A stretch of 64,000 nucleotides of DNA from Diplonema japonicum (taxonomy: Eukaryota; Protista; Euglenozoa: Diplonemea). This document shows, piece by piece, positions 11,202 to 23,083 of this stretch (position 1 is the first letter of the stretch; each line of letters begins with the position of its first letter). The notes under the pieces were generated by a model. That model was not told the origin of the DNA, searched no databases, and worked only from the letters and a program-made list of their open reading frames with translations. The position numbers and the translations under genes are program-made. The stretch is taken from assembly GCA_964019335.1 (NCBI GenBank), contig OZ025704.1, positions 434,001 to 498,000 of the forward strand, given 5' to 3'.

Positions 11202-11912
11202 ATGTCAAGTAAAATGGAAGATGACGACGGCAAAGGGAAGAAGGCTGTGACAAAAAAAGACAAGCGGCGGGCGGAGAAAAAGGAGGAGCGTGACAAGTGG
11301 CAGCACGAGATGGCGATGCTGGACGACGCTAGGATGCTGCGGTGCAAGAAGATCTACTACAACAGCCTTCTGACGAACTTACCTGCGGAGCCCTCTTGCG
11401 TGTACCCTGTCTGCGTGGACGGACGAGACGGCATCTTCATCCCACAGGCGCCTGTCGCAGACGTGATCATGCCCGACTGCCCCCCCTCCAGCCAGGCACG
11501 GGTTCATGTGTACAACGACGCCATCCAGCAGGGAGCGGGGACTGCCATGACACTACTTGCAGACGAAATGAGCAGCATCCAGCAGATGAAGCCAGCAGCC
11601 CCCCTCGACGCCCTCATTATTGCTGCTTACTGCAAATACCATGCCATCGCAGCTGCGGTGGCGCTCGCAGTGACATGCACAGACATCCAAAAGGGCTATG
11701 GTGTGCGTGTCTCCGGTCTGTCGCCCTCCTCCACAACAAGGGACGCTGTCGAGATGGCGTTCTTCGCGCATGGCAACCTGCTGCGCACCATTGTGGAGTC
11801 CGATGCGAGCTTTACCTTCTACTACGTAGACGAGCACGATGCACAGACGGCGGCAAGAAAGATGAACGGGCGCCAGTGGAGGAACGACGTCCTGCGTGTG
11901 GAGCTTGTCTGA
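11202..11912 (+). CDS. Protein with a C-terminal RRM-like domain (236 aa)
   Basis: Acceptor caaacag at 11198. The C-terminus GVRVSGLS...AFFAHG...FYYVDEHDAQTAARKMNGRQWRNDVLRVEL has the RRM pattern. The N-terminus is basic. Confidence 0.75.
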   Translation: MSSKMEDDDGKGKKAVTKKDKRRAEKKEERDKWQHEMAMLDDARMLRCKKIYYNSLLTNLPAEPSCVYPVCVDGRDGIFIPQAPVADVIMPDCPPSSQARVHVYNDAIQQGAGTAMTLLADEMSSIQQMKPAAPLDALIIAAYCKYHAIAAAVALAVTCTDIQKGYGVRVSGLSPSSTTRDAVEMAFFAHGNLLRTIVESDASFTFYYVDEHDAQTAARKMNGRQWRNDVLRVELV

Positions 11913-12077
11913 CGCCTCGGATGCACTGCCGCAGCGATGGCCTCAGCAGCGCCCGCAGTCCTGCACAGGACCGCGGAGAGAAGAAGTGTCCTTAGTAAGG
12001 TGATGCTCGTGCTAGTATTTGTAGGTTTATTTCAAGTCTCGAGTAGGTCCGACTAAAGCTTCAGGTTACACAACAAC

Positions 12078-14610
12078 ATGGGATGCGTCGTTTCACTGTC
12101 AGAGTCGGAGCAGGTGGTGGTCAAGTCGATGAGGGGGGAGCTCAGCACCATTGACGGTCCTGGCATGAACTGTGTATGTATGGACAACGTGGAGGAGACA
12201 CGGGAGGCAGTGATCCTCGGAGACAAGCAGTACGCGCTGCTGAAGAACACCGAGGACGGAACACTGCGCCTTAAGAACGGGCCGTCAAAGATCTTCATGC
12301 ACGCGCACGAGAAGGTAGAGAAAGTAGCTACGAACGAATGCCTCGGGCGCAAGGAGTACTGCCTTGTGTCCCACTCCATCACAGGCAACACCCGCATCGT
12401 GGAGGGGCCCTGTGTTGTCAAAGTCGAGGTGCACGAAACAGTCGGTGAGGTGCTGGAAAAGCTGTCCCTCACGGAGCAGCAGTACGTCATCATCGAAGAC
12501 AAGTCCACAGGCATGCGCCGTGCCGAGTATGGCCCTGTGATCGTGACACCCAATGCCTACGAGGAAGCCTTGACTGTGCAAAAACTGCCTGTCCTGCAGG
12601 CAGGGGAGTTCATTAGAGTTACCGACGTAAAAACAGGTGTCGTTAAGATGGTCACAGGCCCCAACGTGTTCCGCCCGTCACCCTATGACCAGATGGAGAA
12701 GATAGGCAACCTGCCTCTTCTTTCGAAGGGTGAGTACTGCAAACTTAAGAACGAAGAGAGCGGTCAGATACGTGTAGTGGTCGGCCCTGAGCTGGTGGAG
12801 CTCGGACCGTACGACGAGGTGGTGCTGAAGGCCATGCTCCCTGTGCTGAAGGTGGGCGAGTACTGCAAACTTAAAAATGAGGAAAGTGGCCTGATGCGTG
12901 TAGTTGTGGGTCCCTCGCTGGTGGAGCTGGGTCCATACGACGAGGTGGTGCTGAGCGCCATGCTCCCCGTCCTTGAGGTAGGCGAGTACTGTGTCGTGAA
13001 GAACACGGAGAACGGTGGGAAGCACATTGTTTTGGGCCCGTGCATCATCGAGCTGGATGTCTTCGACGAGGTGTGCGTGCAGCCCTCGAAGCTCCCTGTG
13101 CTGAACAAGGATGAGTACGTACGAATCACTAATGAGGAGACGGGGTCCATCAGTACCACGTTCGGACCAAAGGTTGTATCGCTTGGACCCTACGATAAGG
13201 TGGAGGAGGTCATGAAGTGCCCCGACCTCGCGGCAGATGAATACCTCGTTGTGCGCAACGAAGAGGATGGGCTCATGCGCAACATGGAGGGCCCCCTGCT
13301 GTTCCAGCCGGGTCCTTTCGACGTCTTCGAGAAGCCCAGGAAGGTCATCAACCTCAAGAAGAACGAGTACATCCGGCTACGGGACGATGCCGGTTTCATC
13401 CGTGTTGTGAGAGGCGAGAGGCGCATGCTTCCAGGCCCCCTCGAGGCCATCTTGGATGGCGGGGTGAAGGAGGCGATCAACATCGATAACCACCATGCCG
13501 TGCTCGTCAGAAACACTGACTGTGGGTCCTTGGAACTACTGACAGAGCACGGGCTCTTCTTCCCCACCGCGTACCAGGAGATTGAAGATGTGCAGACAAA
13601 GATCGTGCTTGAGAAGTACCAGACTGTGGTGTGCAAGGATACGTCGGGAGCTTTCTACTACGCTTCAGGGAACACAGAACTGCCAGAGTCTGAACGAGGC
13701 CCGGGGCCGGACTTTTTCCTACCCCCGCACCACGAGATTGTGAAGCACTCGTGGTCGACAGACTTGAAGAAGGAGCACACAACGTCGGAGGTGGTGTGGC
13801 GGTTCGACTCGCGCCCCAGCTACATGAATTATGAGTTCTTTTGCCGCACACTGGACAACGTGGCGCTTGTTATCAACGTGACGTTCTTCTGGCGCATTAT
13901 CGACGTGAAGTCGATGATTGAGAGCACGGCGGACGCACCAGGCGACACGTGCACGCACGCAAGGTCCATGATCATGCAGGAGATCTCGAAGATAAAGCTG
14001 ATGGACTTCCTTGCATCCTTCAACGATGTAATTCGCAAGGCTTGCCTTCGTATGCACACACACCACCGCACCACACTAAACTACAGATGATTGCTTTTAT
14101 GGCAAGCGTGGGGTAGAGCTTTTGTCTGTTGAAGTGCTGAAGTTCGAGTGCCAGTCGGACGAGACGAACAGGATCCTACAAGAGATGATCAAGGAGACAT
14201 GCGACAGGCTGAAGTTCAAAGAGCGCCAGAGGGGTGAAAACGAGGTGTCCATGGCAAGGCTAGAGGGGGAGATCGAGGAAGAGAAGCGCAAGGAAGAGCT
14301 CGTGGAGGTGCGCAAGAGCCACCTCAAGACAGAGGCCAGAATCGAAGGTGAGGCTGAGGGTGCTAGGATCGCTGCCTTCATCACAAAGTTAGCATCCACA
14401 ACAACGCAGGGGGGAGGTACAATGGGCTTCGAAAAAGCTATGAGGGTCTATGAGACCCAGAAGCAGAACGAGTTCCAGCTCAGATCCACCACTGCTCTCG
14501 CCCAGGGCAAAGCCCAGCTTTATCTTCTCCCGAAAGATGTGAACCTCAATCTCGGAACACTTGATAATCCAACACTCAAGAAAGCACAGAACACGCCATA
14601 CGGAGGGTGA
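12078..14610 (+). CDS. Major-vault-protein-like / SPFH protein (831 aa): MGC motif, 13 vault-like repeats, shoulder (SPFH) domain, coiled coil; exons 12078-14049, 14087-14610
   Basis: The intron 14050-14086 (gtatgc...ctacag) joins the 670-aa and 162-aa ORFs in frame (ACL-H-DCFYGKRGVELLSVEV). About 42-aa repeats follow the pattern L-x3-EY-x4-N-x2-G-x5-GP-x6-P-Y-D. The segment RTLDNVALVINVTFFW...DAPGDTC...RS...DF parallels the MVP shoulder ETxDHARL-x-L-x3-W...DFVGDAC...SR...DDF. Confidence 0.8.
12732..12990 (+). repeat. Recent 126-nt (42-codon) tandem duplication within the vault-like repeats
   Basis: gagtact recurs at 12732, 12858 and 12984. The two intervening units encode near-identical peptides (EYCKLKNEESG...VVVGP...LVELGPYDEVVL.AMLPVL). 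Confidence 0.9.
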
Positions 14611-14904
14611 TCGAAGGTTTAAGATATCAAGATACCAAGTGATTGTTTCGAGTTGATTGCAAAGCCGTTCGCCTGTTTGGTTGAAAAAAACATGCCAAGC
14701 TCAATTATAATTACAAAGAAAAAGCGGCATACTTATTATTATTATTTTTCCTTGATTTTTCCTCCCCAGTTCTATTTTATTTACCAAATCCTTTTCTTCA
14801 CCCATTCAATTTCTCCAATTGGTAATTACTACCTCTTGCTTACAACCTCTGTTTTTTTATTCATCCACGAAGGTGACTCTCCATACGGCTCTTCAGGTTA
14901 CAAT

Positions 14905-17900
14905 ATGTCACACAGAGTGGTTGCTCCCAACTTCGCGAGAGGTGTCCCCTACTACGGGAGGGATGAAGATGTGGCAGTGCCCGCTAAAGGTGCCTGGGAC
15001 ATGCCCTATTCTCCCGTGAAGGTCAGCTCCCTGGCACCAGCCGGTGGTGGTGGCGGTGGTGGTGGTGGTGGGTATGGTGCACCTCGTGTGCGCCCTGTCT
15101 CTGCTGACTACGTGCTGCCAACAGAGGTCCTTGAGAAGGACGCGGGTCTGCTGTCCCCTCGCAGGTCACCTACGAGAAAGCGTGCAGGAACGGATGTATC
15201 TAGAACCTACACACCCCCTCCCTTCCACAAAGCAGAGCCTGCCCAGCCCTTCGTCTCCTACTACGCGAGGTCAGAGGCTACTCCCGTGCGACATTCCCTC
15301 CCGGTAGTGAATGCCGTGGCGCCTCCTTCATCACTTCCTGCCGCTACATCAGCACCCACAACACCCAGGCTTGGCTTGGACTACGCTGCTCAAAGAGAAC
15401 ATAGAGAGCACATCGAAAGAGACTACACGAGGGACTACTCAATGGACTATACCAGACCCGATGACAGGGATAAGGCACGTGACGAGAGACCTGTCATCGT
15501 GGAAAGCCGCCCTCCCGAGAGGCGCCACAGCGGGTACGAACCCCAGAGCGATAAGGACTTCCGTCTGCAGGAAATGGAAAGGGAGCTGTTTGCTGAGAAA
15601 AGGAAGCGCGGTGAGCTGGAAGGGAAGATCCTCGAGCTGCAATCGTCATCCACTGTGAGAGTGCTAGAGGGAAAGGTGGCAGGGTTACAATCAATGCTTG
15701 AGGAGAAAGCTTTGCAACATGAAAAGACAATGACACACGGAGCAAGCACCGAGATGCGTGTGGCAGAGCTTATCAACAACTGCAACCACGCAAACGATTT
15801 AGTCGCAGACCTTGAGAACCAGCTAGGGCACCATGTGGTAAAAACGACAGAGCTTGACAAGAAGTACGAGAAGTGCATGCAGCACAAAGAAGATCTTGAA
15901 CATGCTTTGGGTAACATGCAACGAAAGGCTCAGCAAGAGAGCCGCGATCACGAGGACCTGATAGCTGAAAAGGAGAGGACGGAACACTCGCTGCGATCTG
16001 ATCTCAGACTGAAAACACGACAAGTGGAAGAGGCGGAGATGGAAAAGCTCAGCTGCACTGATGAAATTGTTAGCATGCAGAGGGAGCTCGAGAGGTCAAA
16101 GATGAGGCTGAATGACATCAACAGCGAAAGACAAGATCTAGAGTCCAGGGCACTCCAAGCAGAGGAGCATGCTGAAAGGCTGAGCGGGGAACGTGCGCAG
16201 CTGCAGGTTGTTTCTGACGGGCTGCGTAGCGAGCTCGAGCGAGAGGCTGACAAGACCCGCAGTGTGATCAGCGATCTACAAGCCTCTGAGGCGCAGCGGA
16301 TGGAGATGGAGGAACGCATGCGCCATGCTGAGCAGGAAGTGGGCAGGCTTGCGGCTGTTGAGGAGAAGAGCAACTACCTGGAAAGCAGCTTGCAGCGCGC
16401 AGAAGACGACATCCGCAACGAGATCAAAATGCATGGCGAGACAAGGCAGAGGTTCAAGGAGGCCGAAGAGAGGCTCAACGATGTTGCCAGGCTGCAGCAG
16501 CAGCTGCTCCAAGCGGAGGCAGAGGTGGCTGCTAAGACAGAGGCTATCGAAAGGATGCACGAAACGATCGAAGGACATGCCAGTGAGGTGAGCAGGCTGA
16601 GGGAAGAAATCGAAAAAGGCCACAAGACCATCGACACCATTCACCACGACCTTGAGTCTGCGGGAGAATACAAGAGAAACACCGAAGCAAAGATTGTCGC
16701 CTTAGAGAGGGAAGCCCAACGTGCCTCGGAGCTTGATGGGAAGTTGCGTACGTACGACGACTTGCTGAATGAACGGGGGAACGAACTCAGGCAGGCACAT
16801 GCAGAGACAGCACGCGCTGGGATGGCGGCGAAGGAGCTCAAGCACAGGATTTCTGAAATCGCAGAGCTGGACAGAAGGCTTGACATGGTGATGCGGGAGA
16901 GAAGGGAGCTGGAGGACGAGCTCGCGAAGCAGCAAGGTGTCCAGACACAGGTTGAGAACGATAACCACGCACTGCTGAGGCAGCTCGAGGCCAACCAGTT
17001 CGCCTTAGAAACAGAGCGCAGCCAGGTGGTGGAACTCGACGAGCTCCTTCGCGAAGCCAAGCAGCAGCTTGCCTTGCGCACGGCAGTGGAGCAACAGTAC
17101 AAGCAGCTAGAGGGGGAGCTCAACATACGCAACAACGAGCTGGGCAAGGAGAGGGTGGTTGCAGAGAACGAGATATTGCGCGCCAAGCACCTCGAAGCAG
17201 AGCTGGATGCAGCCCATGAAAGGCAGCATGCTCTTGACAGCAATTTCGGGAAGCAGGTCGCCGCTGTCGAAATGCTCCAACTAGAAAACGGCAAGCAGTC
17301 AGTCTTGCTGCAGGAGAAGGAGAAGGACATCACACGTCTGACAAGAGACGTTGAAGCCAAAGACGCCGAATTGCAGACGCTCAAAGAGTCGGATAGCAAA
17401 AAACAGCAGCAGCTTGATGTGCAGGAAGCACGCATCTCCAGCCTCGAAGAGCGTGAGACGCGGAGGACAGAGCTGGTAGAGCAACAGATGAAAGACAATA
17501 ACAAGCTAAAGGAAGAAAGCAAAGAAACAAATGCTAAGCTAAGCGAAGAAACCCAAAAGGGCACAAAGCTTGAGGCTCAAGTAGTGCAGATGGAAGCCGA
17601 AGCAGTGCGATGCAGCACTCTGGAGGGCAAGGTCGCCGCACTGCAGCAGCTAAACAACGAAAAAGCGCAGGAGATCGACACACTCAACGCACAAATGGCT
17701 ACTCTGAAAGGGCGGACTGCGAAGATGGAGAGTGACGTGCAACAAGCAGCACAGCAAGAAGCACGCATCAAAGACCTGAAACAGCAGCTTGTGAGGCAGC
17801 TTGAGGACATTGAAAGGCTTGAAGCCGAGGAGAGCAAGAAAAGCACAGTGCTCAGCGAGGCACGCAAGGAGTTTGAACGCGAAGCTGAGAAACTGAGGAG

Positions 17901-19045
17901 CAAAGATCGTCAACTCGAGGAAGAGCGTGCCAAGTCAGCTGCCATCACGGAGAGAGTACAAAGGTTGGAGGCGGCCGCAGCCGCCCGCAGCAGCCTTGAA
18001 GGAAAGATCGCAGGGCTGGAGATCCTAGCGGAGAGCAAAGAGGCGGAGTTGCGCTCTGTGATCGAAGACAGCAACCATCTAAGGCGCAGAATCAAGGAGC
18101 TGGAATCGGAGCTTGGGAACAGAGCACGCGTGGAGGACGTCATGCAAGAGGCACAGACACAGCTCATGATGAAGAACGACACCATCTCGAGGCTTGAGAA
18201 GGAAGAGGAGAAAAGGCGTGGCCTCGTGGAAGACCAGCACAGAGAGATCATCATTCTAGGCGAGAAGGGAAAGAAGCAGGAGTTCGAGATCCAGAATCTG
18301 ACGAGCAAGAAGATCGAAGCGGAGGCGAGGGTGCAGGAGCTCCTCCGCGAGGGAGACATGAAGGTGCGCACAGACGAAGGCGAACTCCGCGAGAGAATGA
18401 TGGTGAACGAGAGACTGAACGCGGAATGCAGGGAGCTGAGGGAGCGGACAGTGAACGCGGAGAGGCAAGCGAGGATGAGGGAGCAAAGAGCGGAAGACCT
18501 GGATGAGGAAGTGAGGAGGCTGAGGACGATGTTGCAGCACACTGATGAAGAGAGAGGGGGGCTTGGAGCCGAGATAAACGAACTGAAGCGGCAAATACAG
18601 CAGGAGAGGGCTGCGGCAGTGCAGTCGACGAGCAGGACTGCTGAGCTGGAGTCTGACATGAAAATCCAGAAGGAGAAAGAAGAGCGGCTAGCAAGGTCAA
18701 TGGGCGAGGACATCAGGGAGGTCAAGACGAAGTATGAGCAGAAGACAAGAGCATTGGAACAAAGACTTGTGGAGGAGAAAGCCAAGGCAGATGCGGGCGA
18801 GAGAGAGGCGGCTAGGCTCCGCGAGGAACTGACCTTCATGAACACCACTAGAGGCAAGAGCCTGCACGGCAACGACGACGCTGTCAGCCTGCCTAACCGC
18901 GCAGACACGGGCACCATGCTCATCAGAGAGAAGGCTGACAACCTTGCTTCCGAATGGGAGAGAACGAAAGAGGTATGTACCTAATGCTAGCAACAACCCC
19001 CTGCAGTCTGTGTCGCGTCTACGAGAGCAGTTGAAACATGGGTGA
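14905..19045 (+). CDS. Long coiled-coil protein with disordered P/S/Y-rich N-terminus (1368 aa), likely cytoskeletal; exons 14905-18972, 19007-19045
   Basis: Acceptor cttcag at 14896 just before the ATG at 14905 (the ORF-track extension upstream is AT-rich intergenic DNA). About 1100 aa of E/Q/K/R/L heptads follow. The terminal intron 18973-19006 (gtatgt...ctgcag) gives ...WERTKE|SVSRLREQLKHG*. Confidence 0.85.
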
Positions 19046-19374
19046 TACCTCATTCCTTTTAGATTTCCCAGTTGTGTGTTACCCACTAGATCTCTACAGG
19101 GCCCTCCCTGCAATCCCCCCTTTTTTTACGGCGCGTACAAATAACGGCCAGTTCCTCTTTTTTTATAGCTTTTTGTCAATCCTGTTAGATGCGCTACATC
19201 CTTTCTTCCTTCCCACCTTTTTCTTTTATTAAACATTATTTTAGATAGACATTGCAATATTAGAAGAAACTTAAAAAAATCGTTTCCCCAATACATTTCC
19301 CATTCCCCTGCATTTTCTCGTGCTTTTCTTTTTTCTCTTTTTTCCAATCTATTTCTCAGTTCACACAGCGAGCC

Positions 19375-20196
19375 ATGGCCGCGGTCCCCGCGGATAAAGG
19401 GCTGTTTGTGTTCGGGCTGGGGCACATCGGGAAGGAGGTAGCAGTGCAGGCATCAAGAGAAGGATGGAGGGTAACAGGTACGATCCGGAAAGGAGAGGAG
19501 AAAATGAAAGGAGTGAAGTGCGTGGAGTATGGAATGAATGATGTGGGGAAAGAGATGGAAAGGTGCAGCCATGTGCTGGTGACGATACCACCTGTGAAGG
19601 GGGGGGACATCGTGCTCAAGAATTACGTGAAATCGCTACGGGGAAAGAAATGGGTTGGGTACGCGAGCAGTGCGAGTGTCTATGGGCAGACAGATGGTCG
19701 CCTCGTCTCCGAGACAGACGCCAAGCCGAAGTCTGAGAAGGGAGCTGTGCGTGTTGCGGTGGAAGCAGCATGGAAAAGCAAGGTGTCTCCCGTGCAGATC
19801 TTCCGTCTTGCAGGGCTGTACGGACCGTCACGTTCCATCATAGACAGGCTGCGTTCAAGGACAGCCCGGTATGTCGAAGGCGGTGAGTACATCAACAGAG
19901 TGCATCATGCAGACGCTGCCTCGGCGATCCTGCTCTCCATGAACCGTGCCCCCTTCACGAGCAACACCTACAACATAGCCGACGATTGTCCTTGCGACCA
20001 AGGAGCTGTTGTTCGCTATGCCGCGTCCCTCCTTAACATGCCCCCTCCCCCTCCTACCCCCCTCTCCGGCCTCCCTTCACGCCTCCTCGCGCTCCATTCC
20101 ACCTCGAAACGCCTCGATACTTCCCGTGCAAAGTCCCACCTTGGCTGGCGTCCCCGCTTTTCCAGCTACAAGACAGGGCTCCCTTCGTGTCTTTGA
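19375..20196 (+). CDS. NAD-dependent epimerase/dehydratase family protein (atypical extended SDR, YeeZ-like)
   Basis: Motifs: LFVFGLGHIG (Rossmann), LVTIPP, YASSASVYG, IFRLAGLYGP, NRVHHADAA, YNIADD, SKRLD...LGWRPRFSSYKTGL. Confidence 0.9.
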   Translation: MAAVPADKGLFVFGLGHIGKEVAVQASREGWRVTGTIRKGEEKMKGVKCVEYGMNDVGKEMERCSHVLVTIPPVKGGDIVLKNYVKSLRGKKWVGYASSASVYGQTDGRLVSETDAKPKSEKGAVRVAVEAAWKSKVSPVQIFRLAGLYGPSRSIIDRLRSRTARYVEGGEYINRVHHADAASAILLSMNRAPFTSNTYNIADDCPCDQGAVVRYAASLLNMPPPPPTPLSGLPSRLLALHSTSKRLDTSRAKSHLGWRPRFSSYKTGLPSCL

Positions 20197-20259
20197 ATGT
20201 CTTGTTTTTTTTTTGTAAGCGGTTTCTTCAGTTTTCATGCTACCCCCAGGTTATGAACG

Positions 20260-21582
20260 ATGCGAGTAACCCGGACATGCTTGAATAAGGTTTCGATATC
20301 CCACCCGGGCTCAAGCGGGAGGAGGAAGGGGCTCAAGACTGAGATTGATGGAAACAACGAGACGAGCATGGTGTTCAAGAAGGGCTCATTCGACATGAGC
20401 CAAGGGGGGATCAGGAACGTGATGGCGACGGAAGAGGAGCTGGAGCGCCTCATGGAAGGATCGGAGAAGGAGTCCATCAACTTCGAAAAGCACGCGCAGA
20501 AGGTGTTGTCAACGTTTAAGAGCGCGACCCAAAGGGACTGGGAGATTACGATGGATCTGCTGCTGGAGCGTGACACATACAACAAGGACTTCATCGCAGA
20601 ATGGGAGAAGCGAGGTACTCACAAAAGCATATTAAACAACACAACAGAGCCGAGCAAGGTGCGCGCATTTGCCGCACTTCATACTGTGCTTTTCATCATG
20701 GCTGACATCTACTTTGTCAACCCGGTATGCGACAACCAGTGTTTTGTGCAATCCATCATATAGAACCGCCGCCACTTAGCCACGCCAGCCGTAATTGCCG
20801 CCTCCTCGAGACTCGAAGAGAAGACCCTGAAGGCTGGATGGTGGCAGGAATCTTTCAGAAAATTGCTTCTTCAGAACCAGGTTGAGGACGTGCCGTACCT
20901 ACGTGCCATCATGGACGCCGTTATGAACATGAAGGTGAACAGGTTCCACATTCGAAACATGGTGAATAGCTACACCAAGATCTGCACGGTGAGGTACTTT
21001 AAGGACACGAGCGAGATGTTGAAAGTTTTCCAGAACATATGGGGCAGCTACTTCCTAGCGTTGTCCGAGGTGCTAGAGATGCCCACTGACCCGCGTACGA
21101 TAGATGCATGCAATCACATGGGAAAGGCGTACGCACTGCTCACGGCCATCAAGTCCCTGATGCACGCAAAGGTGACACGCAGCGTGATGGTGCCCATAGA
21201 CCTCATAGAGGCGTGCAACTGCGATGTAGAACACTTCTACGTCGGAAAGAACACGAAAGGCACGCGAACAGTTATCTACAAGCTCTTGGAGCTGATGCTC
21301 GAGGAGGTAAACAAGTGCATTGAAAACACAAACCACATGGCGCGACACCATTGCTTCCTGCTCCTCTACCGCTACAACGTATGCACTAGGCAAAAAGGAA
21401 AAAAAAAACCCCCCTCCACACCAAAACAGGCCGAAGTCGAAGCGTGGATGAAACTGTGCCACCACTTCAAATACGACATGCTGCCACAAGACGAGGCACA
21501 AGCGTACATAATAGGCCTCCGATGGGAGCACTGGAGACGGAGGGAGATTATAAGGAGGAGAATAAGGTTCCGATCATTGTAA
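20260..21582 (+). CDS. NDUFAF6: Squalene/phytoene-synthase-fold complex I assembly factor, NDUFAF6-like (399 aa); exons 20260-20614, 20648-20724, 20764-21378, 21430-21582
   Basis: Three GT-AG introns join two ORFs. MRVTRTCL is presequence-like. The segments RDTYN...RAFAALH...GWWQES...VPYLRAI and HMGKA...IKSL...VMVPIDLI...TRTVIYKL follow the NDUFAF6 layout. Confidence 0.65.
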
Positions 21583-21670
21583 GTGTTGACACCCCGTTTT
21601 TTTTTTTCTCGCTCTTTTTTCTGTAAACGCTGGGGGGGGTTTTTTTCGTTTACTCCATTACGCAGGGAAG

Positions 21671-22869
21671 ATGGGGGGCACGTCGACGGCGGTAAAGGAC
21701 ATCGCGATCATCAATGGGGCGCTGAGCGCATGCGGGGGGTTGGCCGTCATACTGTCGTCGGTAATGATACCGCAACTGAGGAAACAGCTCTCCCGGGGAA
21801 GAATGCTGCTTCTGATGCTGAGCTTCTGCGACATGTGCCAAGGGATCCAGTTCATGCTGACAGGATCGTACAGCACAGAAACAGGAAGCGCATCGTGCGT
21901 CATCTTCGGGAGCCTCGGCATCATCGCATCGGTGTCGTCCTTCATTGCGACGGCATGGGTGAGCTGGTGGGTGCACCATACTATTAAACACCCAGAGCTT
22001 CCCACGCCTATCCTCATGCCTTTCATCACCACCATCAGCTACCCTTTAGTCACCTTGACAGGTCTCTTCATCTATGCTGCTGTGCACTGGCACGGAGACG
22101 GCATTGGTTGGCGGCAGGTGTTCGAAGAGACGCAAGACTTCCCTTGGTGCTTCATCGCAGACCATCCTACCACAGATATGTTTATCTGGCGGATCATTGT
22201 GGAGTACATCCCCCTCATCGCGTCCATGATCGTGACCGCCATCTACTACATCACCTCTATTAGGCACATTAAGAAACAAGCCGCGCTGCAGTGCATTCGG
22301 GAGTCCCCCGAGATTATCGCTCTGGAGAGGAAGTTCCTGATCATCATTGTGGCGTACATCATCATCAGGCTGCCGGGGGTCATCGCGAGGCTTTACAACA
22401 TGGGGTCGTCTTCGGACCATGTTGCGGGCTTTCTGCAGATCATGACTGTGCTTGGTGACCCTTCTCAAGGGCTTGTCAATGGTGTCGTCTTCACTCTGGG
22501 GACAAGGGTGGTTCGTGACAAGCTGTTCTCCATATGCTTCTATACTTCTAAAAATTCTGAAGAACCCGACACGCCGCAGGGCGGCCCGCTGAACCACAGG
22601 GGTGGGGAGATAAACGAGCAGCCTGCACGGTCCCCTAGGGAGAGACCTAAATCGCTTGTTCTCACCGGGCAAAACAAGGTTCTAGGTATGTTGTATGTTA
22701 ACACAGTTCACCATCTCCAGTGCAACCTATTTCTGATCGCCTGTCCCCGTCTCTCGCAGAGAGCGCCCCCCTCCTCAGCACCTCTGTCAAAAGGGAACCC
22801 ACTCCTGCCAATCTCTCACATACCTTTGCAGAGAGCGCTCCTTTGCTGGGCCAATCGGGAAAGAAGTGA
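21671..22869 (+). CDS. Seven-TM receptor, cAMP-receptor/GCR1-like (387 aa); exons 21671-22685, 22721-22869
   Basis: Seven hydrophobic segments with LSxxG (TM1), LSFCD (TM2), Cys at the start of TM3, WCFI in ECL2, YIPL (TM5), RLPG (TM6) and PSQGLVNGVVF (TM7). The intron 22686-22720 gives a C-tail with two ESAPLL motifs. Confidence 0.85.
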
Positions 22870-23032
22870 CGAGCTCCCTCATGAAAAGGCTTGGAAGACC
22901 TTCCCCTTATTCTTTTTTTTTTTTTTTTTAGTTGGTAAGTTTTGAGAGGAATCGTTATTTGTACAAAAGGAGTAGAGGCAGCTTGTCCGTTTATCCCTAC
23001 TGTAGGTGGAAAGGTTTGCACATATCAGACGA

Positions 23033-23083
<51 letters not shown>

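Noticed and set aside
14040-14125. Programmed frameshift or stop-codon readthrough to explain split ORFs (also 20763, 41286, 42381, 46576)
   Set aside because: Each break is fully explained by a canonical short GT-AG intron that restores the frame.
14653-14904. Upstream ORF-track extensions from non-ATG starts (also 28721, 36806, 41821, 44152, 58685)
   Set aside because: They are AT-rich intergenic sequence upstream of an acceptor and ATG.
19375-20196. Recent bacterial HGT of the SDR epimerase
   Set aside because: The family is also present in eukaryotes and the gene looks compositionally like its neighbours. HGT cannot be claimed without a phylogeny.
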